Below, one piece after another: positions 35,154-44,092 of a stretch of DNA of 64,000 bases (positions are counted from its first letter, which is position 1; the number at the start of each line of letters is the position of its first letter). The notes under the pieces are model-generated. The model saw only the letters and a program-made list of their open reading frames with translations, made no database searches and was not told the origin of the DNA. A program made the translations under genes and the position numbers. The DNA is from Escherichia phage vb_EcoM-VR5, in the sequence record NC_028881.1, one strand, 5' to 3'.

Positions 35154-35708
35154 TCAGTTCTTGTAGAACCGGAATGGGTTTATGTGGAAGGCTAACATGG
35201 CTTTATGGATTTTACGAGACAAAAGACTCTTAAGCTTCCAGCCACAGTACACGCGAAGGTAAAATGTGATTCCACCAACCTTAAGATAAGGAACTGAAGC
35301 AAATACACCCCAGGCATCATCATTCCACATCCATAACCAACCATGGTGAGCTTTATCAGGAGAACCAGATTCTACATCAGGATTACCGCGATAATGGAAT
35401 TCTGAACTACAATCACGTCCTAGTTTATGGTAAGCAAAGTTATAAGCTTTATTTCGCCATAGCCAAGCTACTCTCTGGAGATAAACACCACCAGGCATTT
35501 TCCTGATTTTAGCCCAACGTTTAATATGACCTTTGTCGCCGTCAATTGGATTATCGTATGTCATCATCCAATCAAAGCCATAAGGCAATTTACCGGTCTT
35601 TTTATTGTAGAAAGGAACTACAAAAGGCGCAAGGATAACGGCTAGAACCATAGAGATAAAATCTAGTGGGACCAACAGAATCCAACTCAAATATTTTAAA
35701 AGTTTCAT
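35154..35708 (-). CDS. membrane-anchored Trp-rich protein, apparently late-expressed
   Basis: 184 aa; N-terminal hydrophobic helix; preceded by TATAAATA late-promoter motif and SD AGGAAAT. Confidence 0.45.
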   Translation of the reverse strand: MKLLKYLSWILLVPLDFISMVLAVILAPFVVPFYNKKTGKLPYGFDWMMTYDNPIDGDKGHIKRWAKIRKMPGGVYLQRVAWLWRNKAYNFAYHKLGRDCSSEFHYRGNPDVESGSPDKAHHGWLWMWNDDAWGVFASVPYLKVGGITFYLRVYCGWKLKSLLSRKIHKAMLAFHINPFRFYKN

Positions 35709-35734
35709 ATTATTTCCTAAGTTAGTTTACTACA

Positions 35735-35742
35735 TATTTATA
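35735..35742 (-). promoter_or_regulatory. late promoter motif TATAAATA (minus strand), approximate
   Basis: Window tatttata = TATAAATA in RNA sense, about 25 nt upstream of the ATG at 35708. Confidence 0.5.
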
Positions 35743-35743
35743 C

Positions 35744-35771
35744 AAAAAAGGCCCAACCTTTCGGAAGGGCC
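35744..35771 (-). terminator. terminator-like hairpin downstream of the tRNA cluster (approximate)
   Basis: RNA sense GGCCCUUCC-GAAA-GGUUGGGCC (GNRA loop, internal UU mismatches) followed by UUUUUUG. Confidence 0.45.
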
Positions 35772-35941
35772 TTTAACCTAGGGTAACCTTGTCGGGGTTC
35801 CACCTGCTAGGCAAGTGTTCGGTGCGCCGTTTCAGCTGTGATATAAGGGGGCATTAACAAAACATAAAGATTTATTAATGCCAGTCCTTAAACAGAGAAC
35901 TTCAGTCCGACGACTTACCGGTAGCGACCCGGTTTCTTGTT

Positions 35942-36017
35942 TGGTCGAGACAGTAGGGATCGAACCTACGACCTAGGACTTAGAAGGTCCTTGCTCTTCC
36001 TTCTGAGCTATGCCTCG
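35942..36017 (-). tRNA. tRNA-Arg (anticodon TCT, reads AGA); approximate coordinates
   Basis: Hand-folded: acceptor CGAGGCA/TGTCTCG, D arm GCTC/GAGC, anticodon stem AGGAC/GTCCT with loop CTTCTAA, T arm GTAGG-TTCGATC-CCTAC, encoded ACCA end. Confidence 0.75.
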
Positions 36018-36023
36018 TGTTTG

Positions 36024-36150
36024 TTCATAGCGGGGTGGACTCGAACCACCAATATTAAGTCACTCATGCTCCAAGCATGCTAGGGCACTTACCCCGGACG
36101 GAATCGAACCGCATCTACAATACCTATCGCCATGATAATTTAAAATAAGT
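36024..36150 (-). other. tRNA-like fragments / possible small stable RNA between the two tRNAs (approximate)
   Basis: Two T-arm-like motifs (RNA GGUGG-UUCGAGU-CCACC and GCGG-UUCGAUU-CCGU) only about 62-66 nt apart, plus hairpin CAUGCU-UGG-AGCAUG; no full cloverleaf could be folded by hand. Confidence 0.3.
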
Positions 36151-36151
36151 T

Positions 36152-36225
36152 TGGTGGCCCTGGGTGGAATCGAACCACCATCCAGCGATTATGAGTCGCT
36201 CGCTTGACCGTCCAGCTACAGGGCC
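36152..36225 (-). tRNA. tRNA with CAT anticodon (Met, or Ile2-type reading AUA as in T4); approximate coordinates
   Basis: Hand-folded: acceptor GGCCCTG/CAGGGCC, anticodon stem AGCGA/TCGCT with loop CTCATAA, T arm GGTGG-TTCGATT-CCACC, encoded ACCA end. Confidence 0.7.
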
Positions 36226-36303
36226 TTAATTCTATTATGAAAGGCTCTTTGAGGGAAGAACCTTTGGTAATAGAGGGTACTTATTAATAATAACACATAA
36301 CTC

Positions 36304-36774
36304 TTAAAGCATATTAAGTGCTTTAACTTTCGGGATTTGGATTTCTTCTTCGATGATGTATAATTTTACCCACGAAACTACGCGCATAAAATCACTATCA
36401 TATTCCACTGGCTCACCCAGCAATTCCTGGAGAGAACACATTAATTCAAATTCCTGGCCATTGTCACCATCAACCAGATTTTCAATACAAAGTGTTTTGT
36501 TAATGAAGTCAGGAGTTAATTGACCGGATTTTACACCAGATTCAATGTGTGCGATAATCAAGTGCTTAACCACATCCCATTCTGAATTACCACATTTATT
36601 GCGGTTATTACAATGAGAGCCTTGAAAAAGTTCCAGGATATATTTGTACTGTTGGATTTCTTGTTCTTCTACACCAAATATTGTCTGGGTTTTGTAGTTG
36701 TCACCGTCATTTTCCCAGGTTTCAATTTCAATCACATAACCTTTAGGGATGGTTTGTCCGAATTTAATTTCCAT
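36304..36774 (-). CDS. hypothetical acidic protein (156 aa)
   Basis: ORF upstream of the tRNA cluster; Cys/His pairs in HCNNRNKCGNSEWD. Confidence 0.45.
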   Translation of the reverse strand: MEIKFGQTIPKGYVIEIETWENDGDNYKTQTIFGVEEQEIQQYKYILELFQGSHCNNRNKCGNSEWDVVKHLIIAHIESGVKSGQLTPDFINKTLCIENLVDGDNGQEFELMCSLQELLGEPVEYDSDFMRVVSWVKLYIIEEEIQIPKVKALNML

Positions 36775-37064
36775 TAAAATATACTCGCATATTGATGTTT
36801 GATTATATCAAGACCTAAAGGATTTTTAAAAATATCATAATCCTCTGGACCTGTTTCAGTTTCAATAAAGAAATTAAAATTCACAGTATTGAATTTACGG
36901 TCTTCCTTAACCAGTTTAACATTAGAATGACTACGACCTATTTCCAAACGTTCAACTTCAAAACAAGTTAAGATGCCATAATCATCAATCAACTGCTTTG
37001 CGGCATCTTGGTCTGATTTATACCCGTTATTAGCCTTGTCACCTATCGTAGCATAAAGAATCAT
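36774..37064 (-). CDS. hypothetical protein
   Basis: 96 aa ORF with stop/start overlap with neighbours. Confidence 0.4.
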   Translation of the reverse strand: MILYATIGDKANNGYKSDQDAAKQLIDDYGILTCFEVERLEIGRSHSNVKLVKEDRKFNTVNFNFFIETETGPEDYDIFKNPLGLDIIKHQYASIF

Positions 37065-37066
37065 AA

Positions 37067-37447
37067 TTAACCTTCATCAACAATAGTATGGGTATTAGCA
37101 TTAACAATCTGCCACCAGTCAAAACGGTTAGAACCATATTGAGGCTTATTCTCGTTTTCTTTAATGATATCACGCAGTTCATCTTCGGTAGCGGCTTTTG
37201 CGATTAGGTCTGCATAACCGCCACGGGGATAATAGCTATCGCCAGCAAAGAGTAAAAAGTTTGTTTTGATATTCTTGAATTCTTCAAGAGTAATAACCGT
37301 TCCAGATGGTTGAACAATATCTACGTAACTATATCCTAATTTCTGGGCTTCATTTACTGCTTCAAGCAGGGTGTCATGGGCCCATCCGATTTGACAATCC
37401 GGTTTTTCAGATGGATTTGCTTGATAATCTGCGTACACTTTATACAT
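37067..37447 (-). CDS. hypothetical protein
   Basis: Track ORF 37067..37495 trimmed to internal ATG (MYKVYADYQANPSEKPD...), 126 aa. Confidence 0.4.
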   Translation of the reverse strand: MYKVYADYQANPSEKPDCQIGWAHDTLLEAVNEAQKLGYSYVDIVQPSGTVITLEEFKNIKTNFLLFAGDSYYPRGGYADLIAKAATEDELRDIIKENENKPQYGSNRFDWWQIVNANTHTIVDEG

Positions 37448-37448
37448 T

Positions 37449-37634
37449 TTACTCACCTTTAGAGATTTTATCCATAACGAAAGAGATTGAACCAATTAAA
37501 AATGCCACTACTAAAGAGATTGTATTCTCGGAAGTTGTAAGCAAATCCAACATGAATCCTGCAAACATGCTAAAACCAAAAGCAGTAATAGCAACAAGCG
37601 CAGTAACATTTCTAATTAATTCACAACGTTTCAT
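37449..37634 (-). CDS. small membrane protein
   Basis: Trimmed to ATG behind leader GGAGAATAAAATGAAA (MKRCELIRNVTALVAITAFGF...); two hydrophobic segments. Confidence 0.4.
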   Translation of the reverse strand: MKRCELIRNVTALVAITAFGFSMFAGFMLDLLTTSENTISLVVAFLIGSISFVMDKISKGE

Positions 37635-37659
37635 TTTATTCTCCAATCACTCATTTGTT

Positions 37660-37701
37660 TTGATAGGGCTATAGTATCACCACTAGAGCCCATTGTAAAC
37701 A
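37660..37701 (-). promoter_or_regulatory. PeSL-like promoter/stem-loop cassette, approximate
   Basis: ttgatagggctatagtatca (1 mismatch) with inverted repeat gggctatagt/actagagccc, then gtaaac. Confidence 0.6.
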
Positions 37702-37702
37702 A

Positions 37703-37975
37703 TTATTTTAGATAAATTGCATATTTTTTATAGCCAGCTGTCTCGTGGCGCAACCCTTTGTCATTAGCAAAGCGTTCAATATTATTAATTTGATTTTGGT
37801 CGAGTTCTGAAATATCAAATACAAAAAAGTTTCGCTTATTGCCTAAAGTTACATGATTAGTCAAATCGATGTTATAGAGATGATTTATATTATCAATCAT
37901 GGCCTTAACAGATTTGCTAATTTTTACTTCTTCATTAAGAATAGATTCAGCGATAAATTCTTGATAGGTTTTCAT
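37703..37975 (-). CDS. internal-protein-like protein with capsid-targeting sequence
   Basis: Trimmed to MKTYQEFIAESILNEE...; N-terminal capsid-targeting sequence; about 90 aa. Confidence 0.5.
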   Translation of the reverse strand: MKTYQEFIAESILNEEVKISKSVKAMIDNINHLYNIDLTNHVTLGNKRNFFVFDISELDQNQINNIERFANDKGLRHETAGYKKYAIYLK

Positions 37976-37976
37976 T

Positions 37977-38201
37977 TTATTCTGCACCAGCAGCTTTCAA
38001 AAGTTTTTTAAGATTGGCTGTGCCCTGAGCAGAAAATGTGACCTTGCCACCTTTTTCACTGATAGAACCAACCAATTTAGCAAGTTTATCATTAGGAATT
38101 TTTTTAAAATCAGCCAATGTTCCATCAAAGGTTTTTGAAACAAAAGGCAGTTCGTCTTCGTGTCTTTTAGCTTCGGTAATAAATTCTTGATAAGTTTTCA
38201 T
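37977..38201 (-). CDS. internal protein with capsid-targeting sequence (IPI-like position)
   Basis: 74 aa; MKTYQEFITEAKRHEDELPF...; lies just upstream of 57B where T4 carries ipI. Confidence 0.5.
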   Translation of the reverse strand: MKTYQEFITEAKRHEDELPFVSKTFDGTLADFKKIPNDKLAKLVGSISEKGGKVTFSAQGTANLKKLLKAAGAE

Positions 38202-38223
38202 TTTAAATCCTTAAGTAGTTGTT

Positions 38224-38264
38224 TTGATAGGTCTATAGTATCATATTTATAAATGCTGTAAACA
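38224..38264 (-). promoter_or_regulatory. PeSL-like promoter cassette with overlapping late-promoter-like TATAAATA, approximate
   Basis: Consensus 20-mer ttgataggtctatagtatca followed by atatttataaat (TATAAATA in RNA sense), then gtaaac. Confidence 0.6.
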
Positions 38265-38275
38265 ACTTTTTGAAA

Positions 38276-38953
<678 letters not shown>

Positions 38954-38961
<8 letters not shown>

Positions 38962-39715
38962 TTTTATTTCCTAATAATTTATCAATAGTAGTGTATAGTT
39001 CAGAAAGGGTTCCGTTATTTTCAACAACAACGTCACCAGGTAAAATTGGTAGACCCGCTTCAGTAATGTGCGAGTCTTGTACTTGACCGGTATCAGCGCG
39101 AACTACGTGAATAATCGTAGCACCCATCGCCCTGAGCGAATCAATTTCATGTGTTTGACGAACATCAGGTACGACATAGTATTTCGCATCAGAATATATT
39201 TTATCAAAATAGTCTAAAGCGAATAACTTAACCCAATACATTTTATCAAATTGGTTAACAATAATATCGGTCCCAAGGGTCTGCATGAGACGACGTACTG
39301 ACCAATTGTTAATACTATTTATTACTTCAAACAGATGGTCTTTTGTTTCTTCAGACAAATACTGGACTGGGGTAAGACCATAATGATATGCAGTACGGAC
39401 ATCAATTCCGGGAATAGGAAGCATATTATTCAGTTTAACGATAGCATGTTCAAAGATGTCAATAACATCATATGGTTTTAAAGGAAGGATTTCTTCGCGG
39501 TTGTATCCAATACCTTCAAAACAGTTAAAATCTAGTTTAGGCATATAACTACGATCGAATACAGGGTCATCAGATATATATTCGTAGGCTTCTGCTAGAT
39601 ACTTTTTAATAGGCCCAGCGAGCTGGAATTTAACAGAATCCATATTCTCAATTACATAGTTAGCAACGGTGTCCTTACCGCTACGTTTGAGTCCTACAAT
39701 TGATATTAGTTTCAT
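38954..39715 (-). CDS. 1: deoxynucleoside monophosphate kinase gp1
   Basis: 253 aa; P-loop GLKRSGKDT; WSVRRLMQTLGTDIIVNQFDKMYWVKLFALDYFDK...MGATIIHVVR is collinear with T4 gp1. Confidence 0.9.
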
Positions 39716-40305
39716 TATTTTCTCATAGATGGATGCATAGACATACGTGCCACACGTTGTTCGGCATACGAATCAATTTGTGGACGACCTGTAACTATTG
39801 TACCATCTATTTCTACAGCAAATGACTTAAAGTTGAATGTTGCCGTAGCGATTATCGCAGGGTCAGAATCTTCTTTATAAGAGTACTGAATCTCGGAAAG
39901 GTCTGACGGCCACCCACCATAGTAATGGATGCTCATTACGATTTTCTGTTTGTTGTTATCAAGGATATGAAGCGTAATCGCTTCAGGCAGGCCTTTAGGA
40001 TGCCAGGCTTCGGATTCATGTGTTACATAGTTGTTTAATGATAGCATCCATTTATAAATGTCCAGCCATGATTTCAGTTCTTTGTCTACAAGAAAGTTTA
40101 CAATCAAGGGATCGAATTCTACAGTAGAACCTGGCAGCTTAGCACGATGTATGCCCTGGGTCGATCCTGGGACATCTGAAATCGGAATATGGATACCTGG
40201 TAGTGTTACATCTTGCACGTTTAATTTGAATGCCTGCGTCATTCCTGCGTCACTAACCTCTAAGATAAAGTTAGTAGTGTTAGTTTGGTTAAATAAACCG
40301 TTCAT
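39715..40305 (-). CDS. 3: tail completion / sheath stabiliser gp3
   Basis: 196 aa at the gene 3 position (between 1 and 2); T4 gp3 is 176 aa. Confidence 0.7.
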   Translation of the reverse strand: MNGLFNQTNTTNFILEVSDAGMTQAFKLNVQDVTLPGIHIPISDVPGSTQGIHRAKLPGSTVEFDPLIVNFLVDKELKSWLDIYKWMLSLNNYVTHESEAWHPKGLPEAITLHILDNNKQKIVMSIHYYGGWPSDLSEIQYSYKEDSDPAIIATATFNFKSFAVEIDGTIVTGRPQIDSYAEQRVARMSMHPSMRK

Positions 40306-40316
40306 AGTATTCCTAT

Positions 40317-40380
40317 ATTGCTTAAACCCTAGCCAGTGTATAATGGTCCTAGGTCTGTTCCATTCAATAACTGGCTGGGA
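40317..40380 (+). promoter_or_regulatory. promoter-like cassette in inverted (plus-strand) orientation between genes 3 and 2, approximate
   Basis: Plus strand reads aTTGCTTaa-N13-TATAATGGTCCTAGG; the same TATAATGGTCCTA core occurs in minus-strand promoters at 7420 and 14845; flanked by inverted repeat ccctagccagt/actggctggg. Would drive transcription antisense to gene 2. Confidence 0.4.
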
Positions 40381-40393
40381 TAATAGATTAAGA

Positions 40394-41230
40394 TTATGCG
40401 TTCTTCCAAACTTTCTGAGCTGAGTAACGCTTGCCTTTAGACATGAACTGCTGGAGAGGCATCATTACTACATTAGCCCAATCAGATGGTTTTATCTCTA
40501 CCAAAGGACCTTTTATATTTCCTGGGATATAAGCTTTAATCATCATGTCGGCACCAGAGAATCCTTTAACTTTACTCCAATCTATTTTTAATTTCGTCGA
40601 GTTAGTAATGGTCGGCGTGCTCGCGTATTGCTTCAGCAATTCTTCTAGAAATTGTTGGCGTGCTTTAGGTGGAATATAGTGTAAGTTCAACCCGTACATA
40701 AGATTATGCTTACCAAGCCCTAGATAAATGATTAAAGGATATTTGTCCCAATACGGTAATGTATCCTTGTGTTTGGCATCATAGATATAAGCATAAAGCT
40801 TACCAGGAGATGGTTTAGACACCTGGTGTCCACGAATTCCTTTCTTTAATGTTTCTGTAAACCATTTAGCCGATTTATTGTTTACAGCAGCACCTTCGTT
40901 TGCAATCTTATCACGAATACTCTTTCTAAAACTATTTACCAAAATTAATTGTCGTTCAGCTTTGGTTAATTTATTGCCAGGTTTCTTCTGAAGTTTTTCG
41001 ACTTGTACAGCGGTTTTAATTCGACTCGAGTATCGAGACATCGCAGATGTAAAGCTAGAATACTTGATGCCTTTATCTTCAGCGAATTTCTTAGCCGAGA
41101 CACCTTTAGCCTTAGCTTTGGCATATTCAACACCCAAAGCTATCCATTGTTGTTCTGAACGAGTAGGCTTAGAACCTTTTGTGGTTTCAGTAGCCTCATT
41201 GATGTAGGAAAATATACTCATCCTTTCCAT
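40394..41230 (-). CDS. 2: DNA end protector gp2
   Basis: 278 aa basic protein at the gene 2 position; T4 gp2 is 274 aa; ATG at 41230 overlaps the gene 4 stop. Confidence 0.75.
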   Translation of the reverse strand: MERMSIFSYINEATETTKGSKPTRSEQQWIALGVEYAKAKAKGVSAKKFAEDKGIKYSSFTSAMSRYSSRIKTAVQVEKLQKKPGNKLTKAERQLILVNSFRKSIRDKIANEGAAVNNKSAKWFTETLKKGIRGHQVSKPSPGKLYAYIYDAKHKDTLPYWDKYPLIIYLGLGKHNLMYGLNLHYIPPKARQQFLEELLKQYASTPTITNSTKLKIDWSKVKGFSGADMMIKAYIPGNIKGPLVEIKPSDWANVVMMPLQQFMSKGKRYSAQKVWKNA

Positions 41231-41667
41231 CCTAATTTTTTCAGTGAGTTTTCAGTTATCAATCTAAAATTGATTCCCATTTTATCTGCTGTGGCTTTAG
41301 CAGCTTTCCATTTATCTTTATTTACACTCCATGTATAATGTTCGTTGATATATCTCTTTTTAGCGGCTGTAGTCATTTTAACAGGCGCCGCTGGAGGATG
41401 GGTTTCTTTAAAAGGTTTGACTTCAAAAAAGAATTGTTGGCCGTTATCAAACTTAACCCAGAAGTCCATAAAATAACGACGTTTCTTTCCATCCGCATTA
41501 CTAAAATATGGGATTATCACTTCCTCCGAATTCCACTGGACCACGTTAGGATGATTATCAAGCCATCGCATGAGCCATGCTTCCCATGAGGAACGATATT
41601 GGATTTTCTTCCAGTCACCTTTATATTTTTGTAAGTTAGTAGGTTTAAATTTCCCTGAGTAAGCCAT
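41218..41667 (-). CDS. 4: head completion protein gp4
   Basis: 149 aa (T4 gp4 150 aa), divergent from gene 53 as in T4. Confidence 0.8.
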   Translation of the reverse strand: MAYSGKFKPTNLQKYKGDWKKIQYRSSWEAWLMRWLDNHPNVVQWNSEEVIIPYFSNADGKKRRYFMDFWVKFDNGQQFFFEVKPFKETHPPAAPVKMTTAAKKRYINEHYTWSVNKDKWKAAKATADKMGINFRLITENSLKKLGWKG

Positions 41668-41678
41668 AGTCGCCTCCT

Positions 41679-41701
41679 TATAAATATTAATATTATTTAT
41701 A
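41679..41701. promoter_or_regulatory. divergent late promoter region (TATAAATA on both strands) between genes 4 and 53, approximate
   Basis: Plus strand TATAAATA about 28 nt before the gene 53 ATG; minus strand TATAAATA about 27 nt before the gene 4 ATG; SDs GGAGG on both sides. Confidence 0.6.
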
Positions 41702-41713
41702 CTCGGAGGCTCT

Positions 41714-42316
41714 ATGCTCTTCTCATTTTTCGATCCTATCGATTACGAATCAAAAACAGTCAAGCCGGATTCAGGCTCATTAACTAATGCCGATGTATTG
41801 AGCGTGCCGATGACTGATATATTTAGAAATTATAAAGAATATTTTGATAAAGTGGCTAAAAATTATACACTAAAAACTCATTACATCAACGGAGCACCTC
41901 GCCCGGAAGAATTGGCCCATATTCTTTATGGTAATGTCCAATTATATTGGGTTCTACTGATGTGTAATAATATATACGACCCTTATTATGGGTGGATTAC
42001 CGGACAAGAAGCAGCATATCAAGCGGCTATCCAAAGATATTCTACCGCTGGCGGAAACCAGGTCCTTTATCATGTTAATGAAAAGGGTGAGAAATTCTGG
42101 AATCTTGTTAACACACCAGAAAATCCATATACTTGGTATGACAAAGGTGATACAGAAAAACGGTATCCTCAGTACGAAGGCCCATTGGCCGCAGTAGATA
42201 TTTACGAGGATGCTATTCGTAAAAATGAATATAAGCGTGAAATAAAAATTATAGACCCTAACGATATCGAGTCTTTTGTTTCTGCTCTTATTCGCGAAAT
42301 GGAGAAAGCCCTCTAA
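41714..42316 (+). CDS. 53: baseplate wedge protein gp53
   Basis: 200 aa (T4 gp53 196 aa), first gene of the plus-strand baseplate block. Confidence 0.85.
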   Translation: MLFSFFDPIDYESKTVKPDSGSLTNADVLSVPMTDIFRNYKEYFDKVAKNYTLKTHYINGAPRPEELAHILYGNVQLYWVLLMCNNIYDPYYGWITGQEAAYQAAIQRYSTAGGNQVLYHVNEKGEKFWNLVNTPENPYTWYDKGDTEKRYPQYEGPLAAVDIYEDAIRKNEYKREIKIIDPNDIESFVSALIREMEKAL

Positions 42317-44058
42317 TGATTAACATGTCTGATAACGTAAGTTGGTTCGTCGGTGTAGTTGAAGACCGAATGGACCCTCTGCAACAAGGTCGAGTACGTG
42401 TACGTGTATGGGGTATGCATCCTTATGAAAAGGTACAGGGTCCTGTAAAGGGCCTTCGTACTGAAGATTTACCCTGGATGTCTGTATTGATGCCTACATC
42501 TTCAGCTTCTGTTTCTGGCATCCAGACAGCAATGACTGGCATGGTTCCTGGTACACAGGTTTATGGCCACTTTCTTGATAAGTGGAAATTAAATGGATTA
42601 GTAATTGGTACTTACGGCTCTGCTTCAAGACAAAAGGCAAATACAAACGAAGGTTTCGCCGATCCTACAGGACAATATCCACTTTATTTAGGTAATGACG
42701 CCGCTGCACTAAACAGAGGTGGTGAAGTTGGATACGACGCCACATCTAATATAATACAAGATGCAAACACCGATGTAGGTATTAATCCTGATGGATTAGA
42801 CTTAAGCCAAGTCAAGCCTGATGATAATCCTAATTTCACAATAGAAAACATGCTTCATCGTGATGAGGGACTTCGACTTAAGGTATATTGGGACACAGAA
42901 GGATATCCTACTATAGGTATAGGCCATCTTATTACTCCACAACCTATTAGAGATATGAATCAGATAAACAAAATATTATCTAATCAAATAGGCCGTGAAG
43001 TTAAAGGTAACCCTGGCGCAATATCAATGGACGAAGCTTCTAAGTTATTCCAAGAAGACCTTAAAAAAGTCCAAAACGATATAGGCAAACATAGTGTCGT
43101 AGGCCCTGTTTACAATAAAGAAAACCGCTCTAGACAAATGGCTCTTGAAAACATGGCTTTCCAAATGGGCCTAGGCGGACTCGCCAAATTCCGTGGTATG
43201 CTCGGTGCAATGCTAATAGGCGATTATAAAAAGGCATTTGAGGAAGCTCGAAATTCGGTATGGTTTAACCAAACTAAGGGCCGCGCATCAAGGGTATCAA
43301 TGATTATCCTTACAGGTAATATGGAATCATATGGTATTATGGCCCCTAAAGAAAGAGAATTTAACGGGCGTTCATATAGAATGATTCAAACCTTTGCCGC
43401 CCCTACAAATTCCGATCCAGCCGATCCATGGACTCCAGAAGATTCAAGGATTCTTTTTAAAGAACCTGATTCTAGCTATAAAGGCGAATATCCTTATGTC
43501 CAAACTATGCAAACTGAAGGCGGGCATATTCAAGAATTCGATAACACCCCTGGACAAGAACGTTATCGTTTAATCCACCCTACAGGTAGTTATGAAGAAG
43601 TTGCTCCTGATGGACGTAAAACAGTTAAGACCGTAGCCGATGGTTATTATATGACCCAAGGAGATTCTAGTACTTACGTGGGCGGTAATAATAAAGTCAA
43701 CGTGGGCGGTGACGAAACCTATTACAATATGGCTAACGTGCGACGTCAAACTGACGGTTCTGAAAGCATTCATATTCGTGGTAATGAAACCAAAACAGTA
43801 GAAGGCGATGGGACCCTTATTGTTAAAGGAAATGTTACGGTTATTGTTGAAGGCAATGCTGATATAACTGTTAAAGGTGATGCAAAAACTTTAGTTGAAG
43901 GCAACCATGATTATACTGTTAATGGAAACGTTACTTGGTCGGTAAATGGAAATGTTGATATGACCGTCGCTGGTAATTGGTCTGAAACTATGTCGACTAT
44001 GAGTTCTATTGCATCCGGTCAATATACTATTGATGGTTCGAGGATTGACATTGGCTAA
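42316..44058 (+). CDS. 5: baseplate hub / cell-puncturing device with lysozyme domain gp5
   Basis: 580 aa; N-terminal OB region, central lysozyme domain (ENMLHRDEGLRLKVYWDTEGYPTIGIGHLI...), C-terminal beta-helix repeats (VEGNADITVKGDAKTLVEGN...) ending GQYTIDGSRIDIG, as in T4 gp5. Confidence 0.95.
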   Translation: MINMSDNVSWFVGVVEDRMDPLQQGRVRVRVWGMHPYEKVQGPVKGLRTEDLPWMSVLMPTSSASVSGIQTAMTGMVPGTQVYGHFLDKWKLNGLVIGTYGSASRQKANTNEGFADPTGQYPLYLGNDAAALNRGGEVGYDATSNIIQDANTDVGINPDGLDLSQVKPDDNPNFTIENMLHRDEGLRLKVYWDTEGYPTIGIGHLITPQPIRDMNQINKILSNQIGREVKGNPGAISMDEASKLFQEDLKKVQNDIGKHSVVGPVYNKENRSRQMALENMAFQMGLGGLAKFRGMLGAMLIGDYKKAFEEARNSVWFNQTKGRASRVSMIILTGNMESYGIMAPKEREFNGRSYRMIQTFAAPTNSDPADPWTPEDSRILFKEPDSSYKGEYPYVQTMQTEGGHIQEFDNTPGQERYRLIHPTGSYEEVAPDGRKTVKTVADGYYMTQGDSSTYVGGNNKVNVGGDETYYNMANVRRQTDGSESIHIRGNETKTVEGDGTLIVKGNVTVIVEGNADITVKGDAKTLVEGNHDYTVNGNVTWSVNGNVDMTVAGNWSETMSTMSSIASGQYTIDGSRIDIG

Positions 44059-44092
44059 TATCCTACCAATGAGCACTGATTTAGGAGACTCC

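Noticed and set aside
36060-36110. A third and fourth canonical tRNA between the two called tRNAs
   Set aside because: The two T-arm-like motifs are about 62-66 nt from each other and from tRNA(CAT), leaving no room for full cloverleaves; kept only as a tRNA-like region.
7400-38270. Possibility that the repeated 20-mer copies form a CRISPR array
   Set aside because: Copies are kilobases apart, each sits immediately upstream of a gene start with -35/-10 geometry, and there are no short regular spacers.
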